From an uncultured virus (IMG/VR IMGVR_UViG_3300043468_000945) (lineage: Duplodnaviria; Heunggongvirae; Uroviricota; Caudoviricetes; Crassvirales): a DNA stretch of 64,000 nucleotides. The position numbers and the translations under genes were made by a program. The stretch lies in the IMG/VR virus record IMGVR_UViG_3300043468_000945, one strand, 5' to 3'. The notes below the pieces were generated by a model. That model saw only the letters and a list, made by a program, of their open reading frames with translations. It did not search any database and was not told where the DNA came from. Positions 1 to 9,356 of this stretch are shown piece after piece; position 1 is the stretch's first letter, and every line of letters starts with the position of its first letter.

Positions 1-160
1 TGTTGTATGCAGTTTCAATTCTTTCCTTCTCCATTTCTTTGGCTTCTCTGATTTCCTCTTGATGGTCTATGTAAAAAGTAATTGCTTGTGGTATGCCTAA
101 CTTCATTGCTAACTTTCCACATAGAATTTCCACTGCCGTTTGTTGTTTATTGTTTGTCAT
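1..160 (-). CDS. small hypothetical phage protein (partial, runs off the window start)
   Basis: Own translation MTNNKQQTAVEILCGKL...EAKEMEKERIETAYN; the QTAVE...AKEMEKE pattern is one I recall from small Bacteroidota-phage proteins. Confidence 0.6.
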   Translation of the reverse strand, partial: MTNNKQQTAVEILCGKLAMKLGIPQAITFYIDHQEEIREAKEMEKERIETAYN

Positions 161-311
161 TGCTGTTGTTTAAAAGGTCTCTGAACAAAATAGCATGGTT
201 GTAGTGAACGAATCGTGCTACAATCTCGCCGTCTAAATACACGCGCCATTCAATGACGCCGTTTACTGTGCCCTGCATTACGCGGGCTCTTGAAAATGGT
301 GTGTCTTTCAT
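147..311 (-). CDS. small hypothetical protein (54 aa)
   Basis: Own translation MKDTPFSRARVMQGTVNGVIEWRVYLDGEIVARF...; start overlaps the helicase stop. Confidence 0.55.
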   Translation of the reverse strand: MKDTPFSRARVMQGTVNGVIEWRVYLDGEIVARFVHYNHAILFRDLLNNSNDKQ

Positions 312-1768
312 AGGTAAAAGTCTTTCTTAAAATGGTTTACGGTATAATCTTTTTTCTTGGTAACAGCTTTGTATATCTCGTACTCAATCCCGCCCTTGCT
401 GAATACCCAATACACGTGGTTGAACGCACGCTCTTTGGTTGTCATCCTGTCCTTGCTCTGCCAATAGCTAGTCGCACTGAAGTCGATGTTGTAGTACACT
501 AGGTAGTCTGCCTTCTTGAGGCTGATGCCTTCGCGTCCTGATACAATCTGCAGGGCGATGTTCTTATCTGTGTCTTCAAAGACACTCAGCTCTGTAGTCA
601 GTTGGTCTCCGAACACTTGCTGAAGGGCATTGAACTCCTCCTTGAACTTGTAGAAGATGCCAATCTTGCACCCGGCAAACTGCTCCTTGATGAACTCCGC
701 CTTGGTGGTGTCGATGACCATGCTGTTGCCGCTCTCGAACTTGATGGTGCCACTACTGAGCTGATGCACCTTCATCATTAGCTTCACCGGTGTATCCGCA
801 AGGATGGTCTCTTCCTTCCCTTCGATTACCAAATCCCGCTGCAGCTTCTTGATGATGGCCTGTGTCGCCGGCTTCATCTCTACCTCTAGGATTTCCTCTG
901 TCACCTGCGTGATGAATCCTGCCTCCTCCTGTGAGTAGTTAATCATGTACGGCTGCATTGCCTGCATGATGCTGTCCAACCCGTTGCTGTAGTCCTTGAT
1001 GAATAACCCATTTATTTTCTTCTGCGTCACACGAACGTGCTTGTCCGCGAAGCGGTAGAAGTTCTGAAACTCCTTGAATGGGTTTCCGGGAATGCCATAC
1101 ACTTGGTGGTACATTTGAGAGTAGCTCTCAGGCGTTGGCGTCCCTGACAACAGGACCACTAGTGGGTCGCACTTGGCAATGAGTCCCTTCACCATTAGCG
1201 CCCGCTCGCTTGGCTTTGCGAATGCGCCTAGGCCATGGGCCTCGTCAAGGATAATCATGTCCCACTTGTACTCGTTCATCACGTGGTGCAGGCTCTCGTA
1301 GTTTATCACTCTGAGGATGTACCCCGGCTCAAGCATCTCGTAGTCGTCCTGAATGGAGCTCATCGCTTTCTTCTTGGTGACGAACAGAACGGTCTTACAT
1401 GTGGCGTACTCTGCTAAGCCTAAGCTCGTCAGTGTCTTCCCGGTTCTTACCTCCATTGCTAGGTACACGAAGCCATGCTCCATCAGGATGTCGTAGGATG
1501 CAACTATGATGTCATTTTGATACGGTCTAAATTCAAATTTTCTACTCATGTCTTGCTGTGTTTTGTAGAAGTCTAGGCTCTTCTCAAGTCGGGCACGGGT
1601 AGCGTCGCAGTCGCGGTACTTGTATTGGTACTCGACGGCTGACGTCTTACCCCGTCCAACTTTTACGGGCACCTGTTTATTGACTATGTTGAGCAGCAGT
1701 TGGCAGTACTCAACCATAGCCTTGTTGGTGTATCCCGGTTGGCGTTCAACTATCTCACTCTGAATCAT
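308..1768 (-). CDS. superfamily 2 (SNF2-like) helicase
   Basis: FRPYQ Q-motif, MEVRTGKT Walker A, ILDEAH, LSGTP, SGREGISL, QSKDR; ATG at 1768 preferred over the TTG at 1798. Confidence 0.85.
   Translation of the reverse strand: MIQSEIVERQPGYTNKAMVEYCQLLLNIVNKQVPVKVGRGKTSAVEYQYKYRDCDATRARLEKSLDFYKTQQDMSRKFEFRPYQNDIIVASYDILMEHGFVYLAMEVRTGKTLTSLGLAEYATCKTVLFVTKKKAMSSIQDDYEMLEPGYILRVINYESLHHVMNEYKWDMIILDEAHGLGAFAKPSERALMVKGLIAKCDPLVVLLSGTPTPESYSQMYHQVYGIPGNPFKEFQNFYRFADKHVRVTQKKINGLFIKDYSNGLDSIMQAMQPYMINYSQEEAGFITQVTEEILEVEMKPATQAIIKKLQRDLVIEGKEETILADTPVKLMMKVHQLSSGTIKFESGNSMVIDTTKAEFIKEQFAGCKIGIFYKFKEEFNALQQVFGDQLTTELSVFEDTDKNIALQIVSGREGISLKKADYLVYYNIDFSATSYWQSKDRMTTKERAFNHVYWVFSKGGIEYEIYKAVTKKKDYTVNHFKKDFYL
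570..585. repeat. 16-bp palindrome GTGTCTTCAAAGACAC, copy 1 (inside helicase CDS)
   Basis: Exact match, read as ...VFEDT... on the minus strand. Confidence 0.9.
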
Positions 1769-4175
1769 TGGCAGCCTCTTTACGTTTGTGAATAACAATC
1801 CAACGGCCTTGAATGTCGCGTCCTTCCTCAGGTGTAATGCCTTCCTTGTACAACCCGTATGCTACAAGCCATTTGTAGAATCGTGTACGGCTGATAGTAA
1901 GCTTGGCCTTCGGTCCGTAGTCGGGATACTCGTTGATGAAGTCTAGGTACAGGTCGTTCTTGTACAGCCTTTGTCCGGTGACGAGCATTTGGTTTCGCTC
2001 CTGACCTTCCACCAATCCGCACCACTCGATGAAGTCGTGTGATGTCTCTGCTGATAGTTGGCGAATCTTCAGGTTCACGAACTTGCTCTTCACCAATCCG
2101 GTTCTTAGGTAGTCCTTCAAGCATCCAATCATGTAGTTATCGAACTCGCACCAATCATCATCGTTCCAATCTCCGAACATGAGCTTACCGAACTCGTCCA
2201 ATGGCGTGTATGCCTTGGAATAGTACTGATGCAATTCAAGTTCCCACTTACGACGGGCGAATGAATTACCGCTGCCCTTGATGGCGTAGTTGGTGGTGAT
2301 GGCAATCTTGGGAGACTTGCTGAATGGAATCTTGATAGCGTCCTTGTTCTTCTTCTCAAGCGTCAGACCTTCAGTTACCACACTGAACAGGCGCTCGAAG
2401 TCGAAGTGCTTCTTCACGTCATCGAAGCAAAGAATCTGCGTGTCTGCCGATACCAACTGATAAGCGAAGCTTCGCTCGAATGTGAAACTCTTTCCGTCGA
2501 TTACCACTAGCTTCTTCATGCAGCTCAGTGCGTTCATGAATAGTCCCTTACCGGTTCCTCCCTCAGGGTTATCGCTGATAACCTCATCGTTCAGGATTAC
2601 GGCAGGACAGAAGCTCAGGTTCTTATAGCCATGGAGGAGGAACCCGATGGTGCTCTCCATTGACTGAGCTCTGCTCTCGTCTTCGCCACAGATGTTGCGA
2701 ATGAATTGTCGGTAGTTGCATCGGTCAGTTACCTCACACATGTTGAAGTTTCTGTCGATGACGTGGTCCTTCCATACGTATCCGCCTAGGTCTAGGTAGT
2801 CGATGGATACAATCTCATCCTTGCTTATTTTCACCGCGCAGTTTTTGTAGTACAGGTACGCTGCGTCCTTGGTGTCTTCGATGAAGTAGATGTCGATGGT
2901 TGATAGCATTGACAGGAACTCTTCCTTGAAGAATCGCGTGTTGTCAGCGAAGTAGTTGTAAACTGTGACGTCGTCTAGCTCGAGCAGGTGGTTGAGGACG
3001 AAGTCCTTTATCTCCTTCTCTGATGTGTGGTCGATGAGGTTATTGGTAACCTTCACGAACACGTAGTTCTTCCCACCCTCAGGGCAGTACTTGTAGAATC
3101 CTGAGTCCTCGAGGAATTGCTTGAACAGGATGTGAACAATCTTGATGATACCCTTATCGTTCTTGGTCCAAAAGGTTTGCTTCGCGTTCTCCTCCTCAAC
3201 CTTGGCGAGCACCGCATCGACGGTGTCGGGGTCTAGGTTTGACTCTGCAAGCTGAGAACGCACCTCCTTTTTTGATACACCTCTGCGTAGCTTGGCTTTG
3301 ATTTGATTTACTCGCTCCTCGTCTTCGTAGTACTTGGTCCCGAAGTTGGCTGTGTTCTTGTAGGCTGAATCAATCGTGATTTGAATCTCCTTGATTGAGA
3401 AGTCAGGGGTAGCATATTGGTTCAGTACGTAACCGGCTAGGCTCTTGTTGATGCCGTAGTCATTGAAGGCCATGGCTAGAACGTAGCAGTTCTGATTACG
3501 CTGTCCCTCTACCATGGGATACTTCTTGGTCCACCACTTTACGAGAATCTCTACAATCTTATTCTCGTCGGTGATAGGGATAGTAGGTTGGTCTCTGAAC
3601 TTACTTACCTCCCTGTACTCAGGCTCCTCGATGATGTCCCAAATTGAGGAGTTCTCGTTAACGTGGATTAGAGGGTCATAGGACTCGTAACACACGCGGC
3701 TGATGTTCTTGCTCGTCTTATCGAAATAAGGCGAATTAAAGTACTTTTCTAGGCTATTGAAGTAGTTTGTATGGTTCTCTGCATCTGCCGGGATTTTGAC
3801 TAGCACCTTTAGGCCATTCCCTGATGGACTGATGAAGACTGAATACACGTACTTGTTCTTGCATAGGTTCTCTTTGTCTTGGAGGAGTTCCTTTTGCTTC
3901 TGATACCCATCGAAGTCGAGGCATATCAATCCGCTGTGCTCAATCAATGCGCTGTCTGCTCTCTTGGTGAACGTACCGCTGAAGCATATCGCAGGCAATT
4001 GCTTCTTGAGTTCATTGCGCTCGGGCTTTCTCTTCTCTGCTCTGATTTTCTTTACAAGCTCCTTGGTTGCTCCTTCCTTAGTTCGCTCTAGGATTACGCG
4101 TACGTCTCTGTAGAACGGAGTAGATGTCTCCTTGATATTTTGGAAGATGGTTATGTTGTATGTCATTGCTGTCAT
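1755..4175 (-). CDS. primase-helicase (BT4734/VirE-N-like primase domain, PriCT-like region, P-loop helicase)
   Basis: HSGLICLDFD and FISPSGNGLK N-terminal motifs, GQRNQ PriCT-like motif, EGGTGKG Walker A, ILCFDD Walker B, ITTN. Confidence 0.85.
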   Translation of the reverse strand: MTAMTYNITIFQNIKETSTPFYRDVRVILERTKEGATKELVKKIRAEKRKPERNELKKQLPAICFSGTFTKRADSALIEHSGLICLDFDGYQKQKELLQDKENLCKNKYVYSVFISPSGNGLKVLVKIPADAENHTNYFNSLEKYFNSPYFDKTSKNISRVCYESYDPLIHVNENSSIWDIIEEPEYREVSKFRDQPTIPITDENKIVEILVKWWTKKYPMVEGQRNQNCYVLAMAFNDYGINKSLAGYVLNQYATPDFSIKEIQITIDSAYKNTANFGTKYYEDEERVNQIKAKLRRGVSKKEVRSQLAESNLDPDTVDAVLAKVEEENAKQTFWTKNDKGIIKIVHILFKQFLEDSGFYKYCPEGGKNYVFVKVTNNLIDHTSEKEIKDFVLNHLLELDDVTVYNYFADNTRFFKEEFLSMLSTIDIYFIEDTKDAAYLYYKNCAVKISKDEIVSIDYLDLGGYVWKDHVIDRNFNMCEVTDRCNYRQFIRNICGEDESRAQSMESTIGFLLHGYKNLSFCPAVILNDEVISDNPEGGTGKGLFMNALSCMKKLVVIDGKSFTFERSFAYQLVSADTQILCFDDVKKHFDFERLFSVVTEGLTLEKKNKDAIKIPFSKSPKIAITTNYAIKGSGNSFARRKWELELHQYYSKAYTPLDEFGKLMFGDWNDDDWCEFDNYMIGCLKDYLRTGLVKSKFVNLKIRQLSAETSHDFIEWCGLVEGQERNQMLVTGQRLYKNDLYLDFINEYPDYGPKAKLTISRTRFYKWLVAYGLYKEGITPEEGRDIQGRWIVIHKRKEAANDSE

Positions 4176-4320
4176 TTTGATGTCGTTTTTGTGTCGCGTA
4201 ACTCGCTGACTTTTAAATGCTTGTCGATTATGTCAATTTTAACTTCTTATTATATTCTATAGAATAATAATAATATAGAGAATATATATATATAGTATGG
4301 GAAGCACTGAATTGACACAT
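4160..4320. other. AT-rich non-coding element with TGTCG/TGTCA repeats and (TA)n tract; candidate replication origin
   Basis: Several TGTC(A/G) motifs, then an AT-rich tract and ATATATATATATAG...GGGAAG, next to the primase gene start; related element at 14230-14395. Confidence 0.4.
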
Positions 4321-4328
4321 TCAGGAGG

Positions 4329-4354
4329 AAAAAAAAGGGGGATTCCTCCCCCTT
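4329..4354 (-). terminator. Rho-independent terminator after the SSB-like gene
   Basis: Minus strand AAGGGGG-AGGAAT-CCCCCTTTTTTTT. Confidence 0.8.
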
Positions 4355-4376
4355 CATAGGTCCTCATGTTATTGGG

Positions 4377-4694
4377 TTAGAACGGGAGTTCTTCGCCCTC
4401 CTCTTCTTCTGCCGCTGCCTGTGGTGCAGGAGCTGCCGCTGTTGGAGGAGTTGCAACCTTTGGTGCACCACCTCGTTGAGGCTCGAACGTATCAAGTTCG
4501 ATGTAAGCGTTTCCACTGCGGGCATACAATGCGTTGAGGTTTACCCAACCATTCTTCTCGTGACTGCGGAGGAAGGCAATTGCTTCGTCAACTTTTACAC
4601 TGATGCGTCCGATTACGTAGTCGGGAGCATTCTCGTTGCGCTTAAATGAAAATCCTTCTGCGAAGATTTTTTCTTTCTGTTGTTGTTGTGACAT
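4377..4694 (-). CDS. putative single-stranded DNA-binding protein
   Basis: Small beta-rich protein with Pro/Ala linker and acidic EEEEGEELPF tail, downstream of the SSAP and exonuclease. Confidence 0.65.
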   Translation of the reverse strand: MSQQQQKEKIFAEGFSFKRNENAPDYVIGRISVKVDEAIAFLRSHEKNGWVNLNALYARSGNAYIELDTFEPQRGGAPKVATPPTAAAPAPQAAAEEEEGEELPF

Positions 4695-4713
4695 GATTTG
4701 TGTGTTTTAAAAA

Positions 4714-5448
4714 TTAATCTAAGGTTTCGTCGATGTAGTGGTTCTCAATATCCTCCGTAGGATTCTCCCCGAAGTACTTTTCGTAGATGGCGATTGCTCT
4801 TTCAACCTTGGCTTCCCCACCCTTCACGAAGTTCTCTGATGGGCGGAAGATTCCTAGTACGCCGGTCTCTTTGTCGATGACGTAGAAGTACAATGGCTTT
4901 CCGAAAAGTTCCTGATAGATGAAGCATTGGCTATCATAATTATAGGCTTTTGCGCTCCACTTGAATTTGTTAATGTCCGAAGTTGTCTTCAGGTCAATGA
5001 TGTAGTCAGGGGTCACGATGTCGGCCTTACCTTTCCACAACTTGCCTTTGATTTCAGCAACCATTGGTTCCTCGTAGATGTTACCCGCTTGGTAGATGTC
5101 ATCATAGAACGCGATGTTCCCTTTGATGATTCCAACTAGGCGTTTGATTTCCTCTACCTCCTTGGTAAGCATTGCGAACGGCAGCCCCATGGTCTCCAAA
5201 AAGTTCTTGTACTCTTTGGTTGTGCGTGTGCTTACGTCCACCTGCGGAACTACCTGCGCCTTGTCAGGCTCAAGGATTAACTGATGGAACAAGCGTCCCT
5301 CAGCGAGGGCTTTGTTGTCTTCCCGTGGCTTCCCATATTCCTTTGGGTTTGTCAACAGGGTTCCGATGTCTGAGTTTGAAAGGTACTGCTTACCAATACC
5401 TCCGTAGTACTCAGCATCGTTTCTGAGTGTTTCGATTACTGATTTCAT
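4714..5448 (-). CDS. PD-(D/E)XK exonuclease (RecE/ExoVIII-like)
   Basis: LSNS, G..FHQLILEP, KGKAD, IIDLKTT, YDSQ..IY motifs. Confidence 0.85.
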   Translation of the reverse strand: MKSVIETLRNDAEYYGGIGKQYLSNSDIGTLLTNPKEYGKPREDNKALAEGRLFHQLILEPDKAQVVPQVDVSTRTTKEYKNFLETMGLPFAMLTKEVEEIKRLVGIIKGNIAFYDDIYQAGNIYEEPMVAEIKGKLWKGKADIVTPDYIIDLKTTSDINKFKWSAKAYNYDSQCFIYQELFGKPLYFYVIDKETGVLGIFRPSENFVKGGEAKVERAIAIYEKYFGENPTEDIENHYIDETLD

Positions 5449-5452
5449 TAGA

Positions 5453-6160
5453 TTAAGAATTGATTAGGGTTGCGATTTCTTTCTTCAAGGCCGGGCTGAT
5501 TTTGTACTTGCGAACAAGTTGCTTACCGATTGCCTCTACTCCTTTGTCTTTGTTATCGGTCACGTACTTAACTACGTTGTCCCAATTTGGCGTGCCTTTC
5601 TTCAGTTCCTGAAGCTCAGGACCTACAGCCGGTGCGGCCGGGGCTCCTGCCGTTGGAGGCGTTGCTGCTTTTGCGGGAGCTTTCGGTGCTGTCGCTGCCT
5701 TCGGAGCCACTGCTTTAGTAGCGCCTGCGCTCTCTGATTCCGGCAAGTCTTCACCTGCATAGATGTAGATTCCCAAACCGAACATGGCTAGGTTCTTAAC
5801 TAGGCAGCGCATCATGGTCTTGTTGAGGTCAAACGATGTGGCTGCTTCCACAACCTTCTCCCCGTACTTAGTCATGTAGGTGTATGGCACCTTCTTCATG
5901 GACTTGTTCTTGCCGTCCATTACAGGAAGCCACATTTCAAGGGTCTCTCCTTCGATAGTCACTGTGGTGTGGCACATAAACCCTAGGGCCTCGTCGTAGT
6001 CAGTCTCTAGGATTTTGTACGTGGCATCGGGGCAAGCCTTCTTAACTTCGCTCCATGCCCATGCCCATGATAGGTAGGTCAGGTTGTCTTTCTTTTCGAC
6101 GCGGTCGTTTACGTTGATGGCTGACAGCTTCTCGAACGTGCTTTGTTTTTTCTGTTCCAT
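5453..6160 (-). CDS. Sak/Rad52-like single-strand annealing protein (DUF1071-like)
   Basis: LTYLSWAWAW, MWLPVMD, NKTMMRCLVKNLAMFGLGIYIYAGEDLP. Confidence 0.9.
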   Translation of the reverse strand: MEQKKQSTFEKLSAINVNDRVEKKDNLTYLSWAWAWSEVKKACPDATYKILETDYDEALGFMCHTTVTIEGETLEMWLPVMDGKNKSMKKVPYTYMTKYGEKVVEAATSFDLNKTMMRCLVKNLAMFGLGIYIYAGEDLPESESAGATKAVAPKAATAPKAPAKAATPPTAGAPAAPAVGPELQELKKGTPNWDNVVKYVTDNKDKGVEAIGKQLVRKYKISPALKKEIATLINS

Positions 6161-6188
6161 TTGATTTGATTTGATTTAAGTTTAGCGA

Positions 6189-6491
6189 TTAGATAAATAC
6201 AGATTTCTCTGTGTCCTTGATAATTTGCGCGTAGTCTGAGTCATTCTTGGCTCGCTCTACGGCTACGTTTATTCCGTAGATTACTGATGGGTGTTGGATG
6301 TCGTACCCGTTCTCCATCATGAACTTTTGGATGTAGCGCAAGGTCATTGGGCGTTTGAAGCACAGGTAGTAAAGCATGTATCGTGCATCTACAATATCCC
6401 TGCGTTTGGTCTTGGAGAAAAGCTCCTCTCTGCTTACGCCGAATAGTTCTGTAACCTTGTCAACGTACTGATTAAAAATGTCATTCTTCAT
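6189..6491 (-). CDS. DnaA C-terminal-like HTH DNA-binding protein
   Basis: FGVSREELFSKTKRRDIVDARYMLYYL...HPSVIYG resembles DnaA domain IV; ATG at 6491 follows an AAATTAAATCAA leader. Confidence 0.7.
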   Translation of the reverse strand: MKNDIFNQYVDKVTELFGVSREELFSKTKRRDIVDARYMLYYLCFKRPMTLRYIQKFMMENGYDIQHPSVIYGINVAVERAKNDSDYAQIIKDTEKSVFI

Positions 6492-6531
6492 TTGATTTAA
6501 TTTGGGTCTGCTAAGATAGTTAATTTGTTTA

Positions 6532-6798
6532 TTACTCGTCAAATTTTTTTGTAGAAATTTCTTCCCATAGCGCATTCTCTGCGTCGCTAAGTTTCTGAAA
6601 CCCCCAATATAAATTGTGCTCTGCTCCATCCTTATTGATAAGGTACTCTCCTGTCTTCAGGGCCTGAATATAGTGCCCCTCAGCGTATACTATGACGTCT
6701 GTGCAGTCTGCGTGCAACTTCACGTCAGGATTGGATTTGAGGAACGTTAGTGCCGGTGTGAAGCGGCCGGTGTTGATGAACTTTGATTTACTTTCCAT
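6532..6798 (-). CDS. hypothetical protein
   Basis: ORF directly downstream of a TATATTTG promoter element. Confidence 0.7.
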   Translation of the reverse strand: MESKSKFINTGRFTPALTFLKSNPDVKLHADCTDVIVYAEGHYIQALKTGEYLINKDGAEHNLYWGFQKLSDAENALWEEISTKKFDE

Positions 6799-6821
6799 TG
6801 TGAATATGTTTAAATTTAGTA

Positions 6822-6829
6822 CAAATATA
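6822..6829 (-). promoter_or_regulatory. Bacteroidota sigma-70 -7 element (TATATTTG)
   Basis: Matches TAnnTTTG, intergenic. Confidence 0.6.
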
Positions 6830-6842
6830 CAACAATTTTTGA

Positions 6843-7154
6843 TTAAAACAAATCATCGTACCGAATATATATGAACCCGTTGTGTAGGACCTTGTCGGCT
6901 TTGTCCCACTTGTCCGGTTTCATAGGGATGAGGTCCACTATGTCCTGCACTGATGCTATCTCAATACAGATAGACTTCTCGTACTTGTGTGCGATGTCGA
7001 TGTCCTCCTTCTCTATGATGGGGAGTCGGAAGACGTTGTCCCCCTTCTCCCACACGGCGTACATGTCGAACATATCCATGTCGAAAAGCTTTTCAGCTTT
7101 GTCTGTGATGTTCAGATAAATTCTGTTGTCACTTGTTTTGAATATTTTTTTCAT
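6843..7154 (-). CDS. hypothetical protein
   Basis: ORF in the tightly packed minus-strand operon. Confidence 0.7.
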   Translation of the reverse strand: MKKIFKTSDNRIYLNITDKAEKLFDMDMFDMYAVWEKGDNVFRLPIIEKEDIDIAHKYEKSICIEIASVQDIVDLIPMKPDKWDKADKVLHNGFIYIRYDDLF

Positions 7155-7296
7155 TAGTTCTAATTGATTGAATTTGAATAAAGACTTGCTCGATTACTTT
7201 GATTAACTCTGCTGTTGAGTACTTTATAGTAGTAGTCCCGTTGTCGTTGTCGTTAATCTCAATTTCAGTTTCGTGGTGTTTGATTATTATCTTCAT
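7129..7296 (-). CDS. small hypothetical protein (55 aa)
   Basis: Own translation MKIIIKHHETEIEINDNDNGTTTIKYSTAELIKVIEQ...; fills the gap, start overlaps the upstream stop. Confidence 0.5.
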   Translation of the reverse strand: MKIIIKHHETEIEINDNDNGTTTIKYSTAELIKVIEQVFIQIQSIRTNEKNIQNK

Positions 7297-7424
7297 TTAC
7301 TTTTTCTTTTTAGGTTGATAAAGAAGTATACTATTTCCACTCCGATGATTAGGAATATTGCGGATGGCACCGCAATAAATACTAGAAAGAATACCTCGAA
7401 TATGAATCTGAAAAATCTTTTCAT
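7293..7424 (-). CDS. small membrane protein (43 aa)
   Basis: Own translation MKRFFRFIFEVFFLVFIAVPSAIFLIIGVEIVYFFINLKRKSK. Confidence 0.55.
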   Translation of the reverse strand: MKRFFRFIFEVFFLVFIAVPSAIFLIIGVEIVYFFINLKRKSK

Positions 7425-7435
7425 TGATTATTTTT

Positions 7436-7810
7436 TTATGAGAACCAAACTTCTCCGATGACTAAATATTGAAAGATAACGTCGCTTGACTCTGCATCTC
7501 CCTCGTCGTCTAGTTCCGCGTCAAGGGCCCATGAGTAGCCATTGTCCATGGCTAGGGCGTCGAGCCTCTGCTGTATGGTCTTGGCGCTGATGGTTCCCAA
7601 CAGGTTGTCCTCGTCCTCGACGTCGTGTACGTCTACCTCTACGCCATGGTCTAGGATTGCTGATAACATGGCCATTGCGAAGTATGGCTCGAATTGTTTT
7701 GGCACCGCTTCGCGGATTTCTCGCTGTGCCTTCAGGCCGATTTGGTACCAATAGTTGCTGCCTCCCTCGAGTGCAGTCACGAATACGTTTTCTAAAAGTT
7801 GTCTGTTCAT
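7436..7810 (-). CDS. hypothetical early protein
   Basis: ORF with TALEGGSNYW and D.ESSDVIFQ...GEV motifs. Confidence 0.75.
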   Translation of the reverse strand: MNRQLLENVFVTALEGGSNYWYQIGLKAQREIREAVPKQFEPYFAMAMLSAILDHGVEVDVHDVEDEDNLLGTISAKTIQQRLDALAMDNGYSWALDAELDDEGDAESSDVIFQYLVIGEVWFS

Positions 7811-7811
7811 G

Positions 7812-8024
7812 TTAGTTAAGTTGTGCTTTATTGATTTCTTCTTGTCTTTGTTGTTCTTCGTGCATTACTAGGCCCATCATAGCCATGGTCATTACCTCGT
7901 TGAACGCTTGGTCCTCTGAGATGGCTGATGCTAGCATATTTGCAAGGGTATTCAGGTGCCCTTGAACGTGCACGGATACGCTCCCGTTCTCGTGCATTTC
8001 GATTTTTAATAGTGCTGTTTCCAT
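7812..8024 (-). CDS. hypothetical protein
   Basis: ORF in operon. Confidence 0.65.
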   Translation of the reverse strand: METALLKIEMHENGSVSVHVQGHLNTLANMLASAISEDQAFNEVMTMAMMGLVMHEEQQRQEEINKAQLN

Positions 8025-8052
8025 TGTCTTGTTTTAAGTGGGAAGTTAATAT

Positions 8053-9108
8053 TTATAGTTCTGATTTATATATCATTACCTCATTCTCTTTGAACCACTC
8101 GTCGCATCCTTTGCAGTGGTAGTTTGAGAACCCGTCGTGCTCTAGGTCATGGAAGCAATTGATGCAGATGGGCCCCTCTTCGTCGAGGATGAAGTCGCTG
8201 TCGTCTTGGTCCGGCCCGTCGTCGAACAGGTCGAACTTGGGAAACGGCTCGCGCTTGTATGTCGGCATGGGGTAGGTCTCGTGCAGTACCTCTCCCTGAC
8301 TCTTTTGCATGAGGTTGAAGTACAGCCAACATGAAAGTGTCTTGCCCTTGGATGTAACGATGTCAATCTTTTTGCGGCGGTACCACGTTGGGTGCTGCTC
8401 GAGCCTGTCAAGCTTTGCCAATACCTCTTCGCTGACTTTGAAGATGTCCACCTCCACGTTGTACCCATGTCCACGCTCCTCAATCATGTAGGGCAGGCCC
8501 TTGATGACTAGGGGGTATTTGTCCTTGGTGGTACCTGAGCCCACGCGTTTGCTAGTGGTGAGGTAGTTGTAGTAGTTGCCGTGTCCTTTCTTGAGGGTGC
8601 CGTACACAGCAACAAGGTGCTCCTGTAGTACGTTTGGTTTACTGAACCATATTCCGTCGCGTTGGGTCCACATGTCTTTGTTGTAGATTTGGTAGGTCCT
8701 GTTCCTGACGTTGATGGTAACGAACCGGCATTCGTGCTGCTCTAGTTCTTTCTTCCACGTGTGACGCGGTAAGTCTCCCAATGTCTCGGCCAATACTTTG
8801 CTGTCTGATTTCTTGGCGTTGCCCAACCCGGGGATGGTCCCGTTCATCATGAGCAACTCGTTCTGATTCTTGCCGCAGATGAAGGGGTGGGTATTTGCCC
8901 TGTTCACCGCTCCCACAGTGGCGTACCTGAAGTGCGCGATGTATGGGCGCTCGGTGATGAGCAACTTGTGCTCTGATGATTTGTGGTAGGTCACCTCGAA
9001 GGTGTCCAACCAAACGATTCCCAACCCATGTGGGTTGATTTTGCCTGACGTCTTGGCTACCTCAGCGGATAGCACTTTGCCTGATGGTTTGATGATAATT
9101 ACACACAT
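8053..9108 (-). CDS. class II glutamine amidotransferase fused to gamma-glutamylcyclotransferase (AIG2-like) and a C-terminal Zn ribbon
   Basis: Start MCVIII (N-terminal nucleophile Cys), NPHGLG, HFRYATVG, NTHPF, NG, SDS; VYGTLKKG...LDRLE...WYRR; CINC...CKGC. Confidence 0.85.
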   Translation of the reverse strand: MCVIIIKPSGKVLSAEVAKTSGKINPHGLGIVWLDTFEVTYHKSSEHKLLITERPYIAHFRYATVGAVNRANTHPFICGKNQNELLMMNGTIPGLGNAKKSDSKVLAETLGDLPRHTWKKELEQHECRFVTINVRNRTYQIYNKDMWTQRDGIWFSKPNVLQEHLVAVYGTLKKGHGNYYNYLTTSKRVGSGTTKDKYPLVIKGLPYMIEERGHGYNVEVDIFKVSEEVLAKLDRLEQHPTWYRRKKIDIVTSKGKTLSCWLYFNLMQKSQGEVLHETYPMPTYKREPFPKFDLFDDGPDQDDSDFILDEEGPICINCFHDLEHDGFSNYHCKGCDEWFKENEVMIYKSEL

Positions 9109-9135
9109 AATTTGATTTGATTTGATTTGTGGGCA

Positions 9136-9151
9136 GTGTCTTTGAAGACAC
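9136..9151. repeat. 16-bp palindrome copy 2 (GTGTCTTTGAAGACAC), in the leader of the GATase gene
   Basis: Exact match, between promoter 9170-9177 and ATG 9108. Confidence 0.9.
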
Positions 9152-9169
9152 AGAACCCTAATTATTGTA

Positions 9170-9177
9170 CAAAGATA
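9170..9177 (-). promoter_or_regulatory. Bacteroidota -7 element (TATCTTTG)
   Basis: TAnnTTTG, intergenic, upstream of the GATase gene. Confidence 0.6.
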
Positions 9178-9197
9178 ATACAGAAATTGTACATTTC

Positions 9198-9356
9198 CTA
9201 ATTTTTTCTTGCTCTGAAGTGCGCTCTGACTAGCAGGGGATTCTCCCCGATGTGCCGGTAATACACTTTGTCGATGGCCTCCCATTTGGTGCAGGCGTAG
9301 ATGGTCTCCACTAGGTGCCCCCTGTAGAATACCTTGAAGAAGTACTTACTTTCCAT
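9198..9356 (-). CDS. small hypothetical protein
   Basis: MESKYFFKVFYRGHLVETIYACTKWEAIDK... Confidence 0.6.
   Translation of the reverse strand: MESKYFFKVFYRGHLVETIYACTKWEAIDKVYYRHIGENPLLVRAHFRARKN

Noticed and set aside
6492..6629. Extension of the DnaA-like ORF
   Set aside because: Overlaps the upstream gene; better ATG and leader at 6491
9109..9285. N-terminal extension of the GATase ORF in the track
   Set aside because: Class II GATases need Cys at position 2 (MCV at 9108); the extension crosses a promoter, a palindrome and another gene
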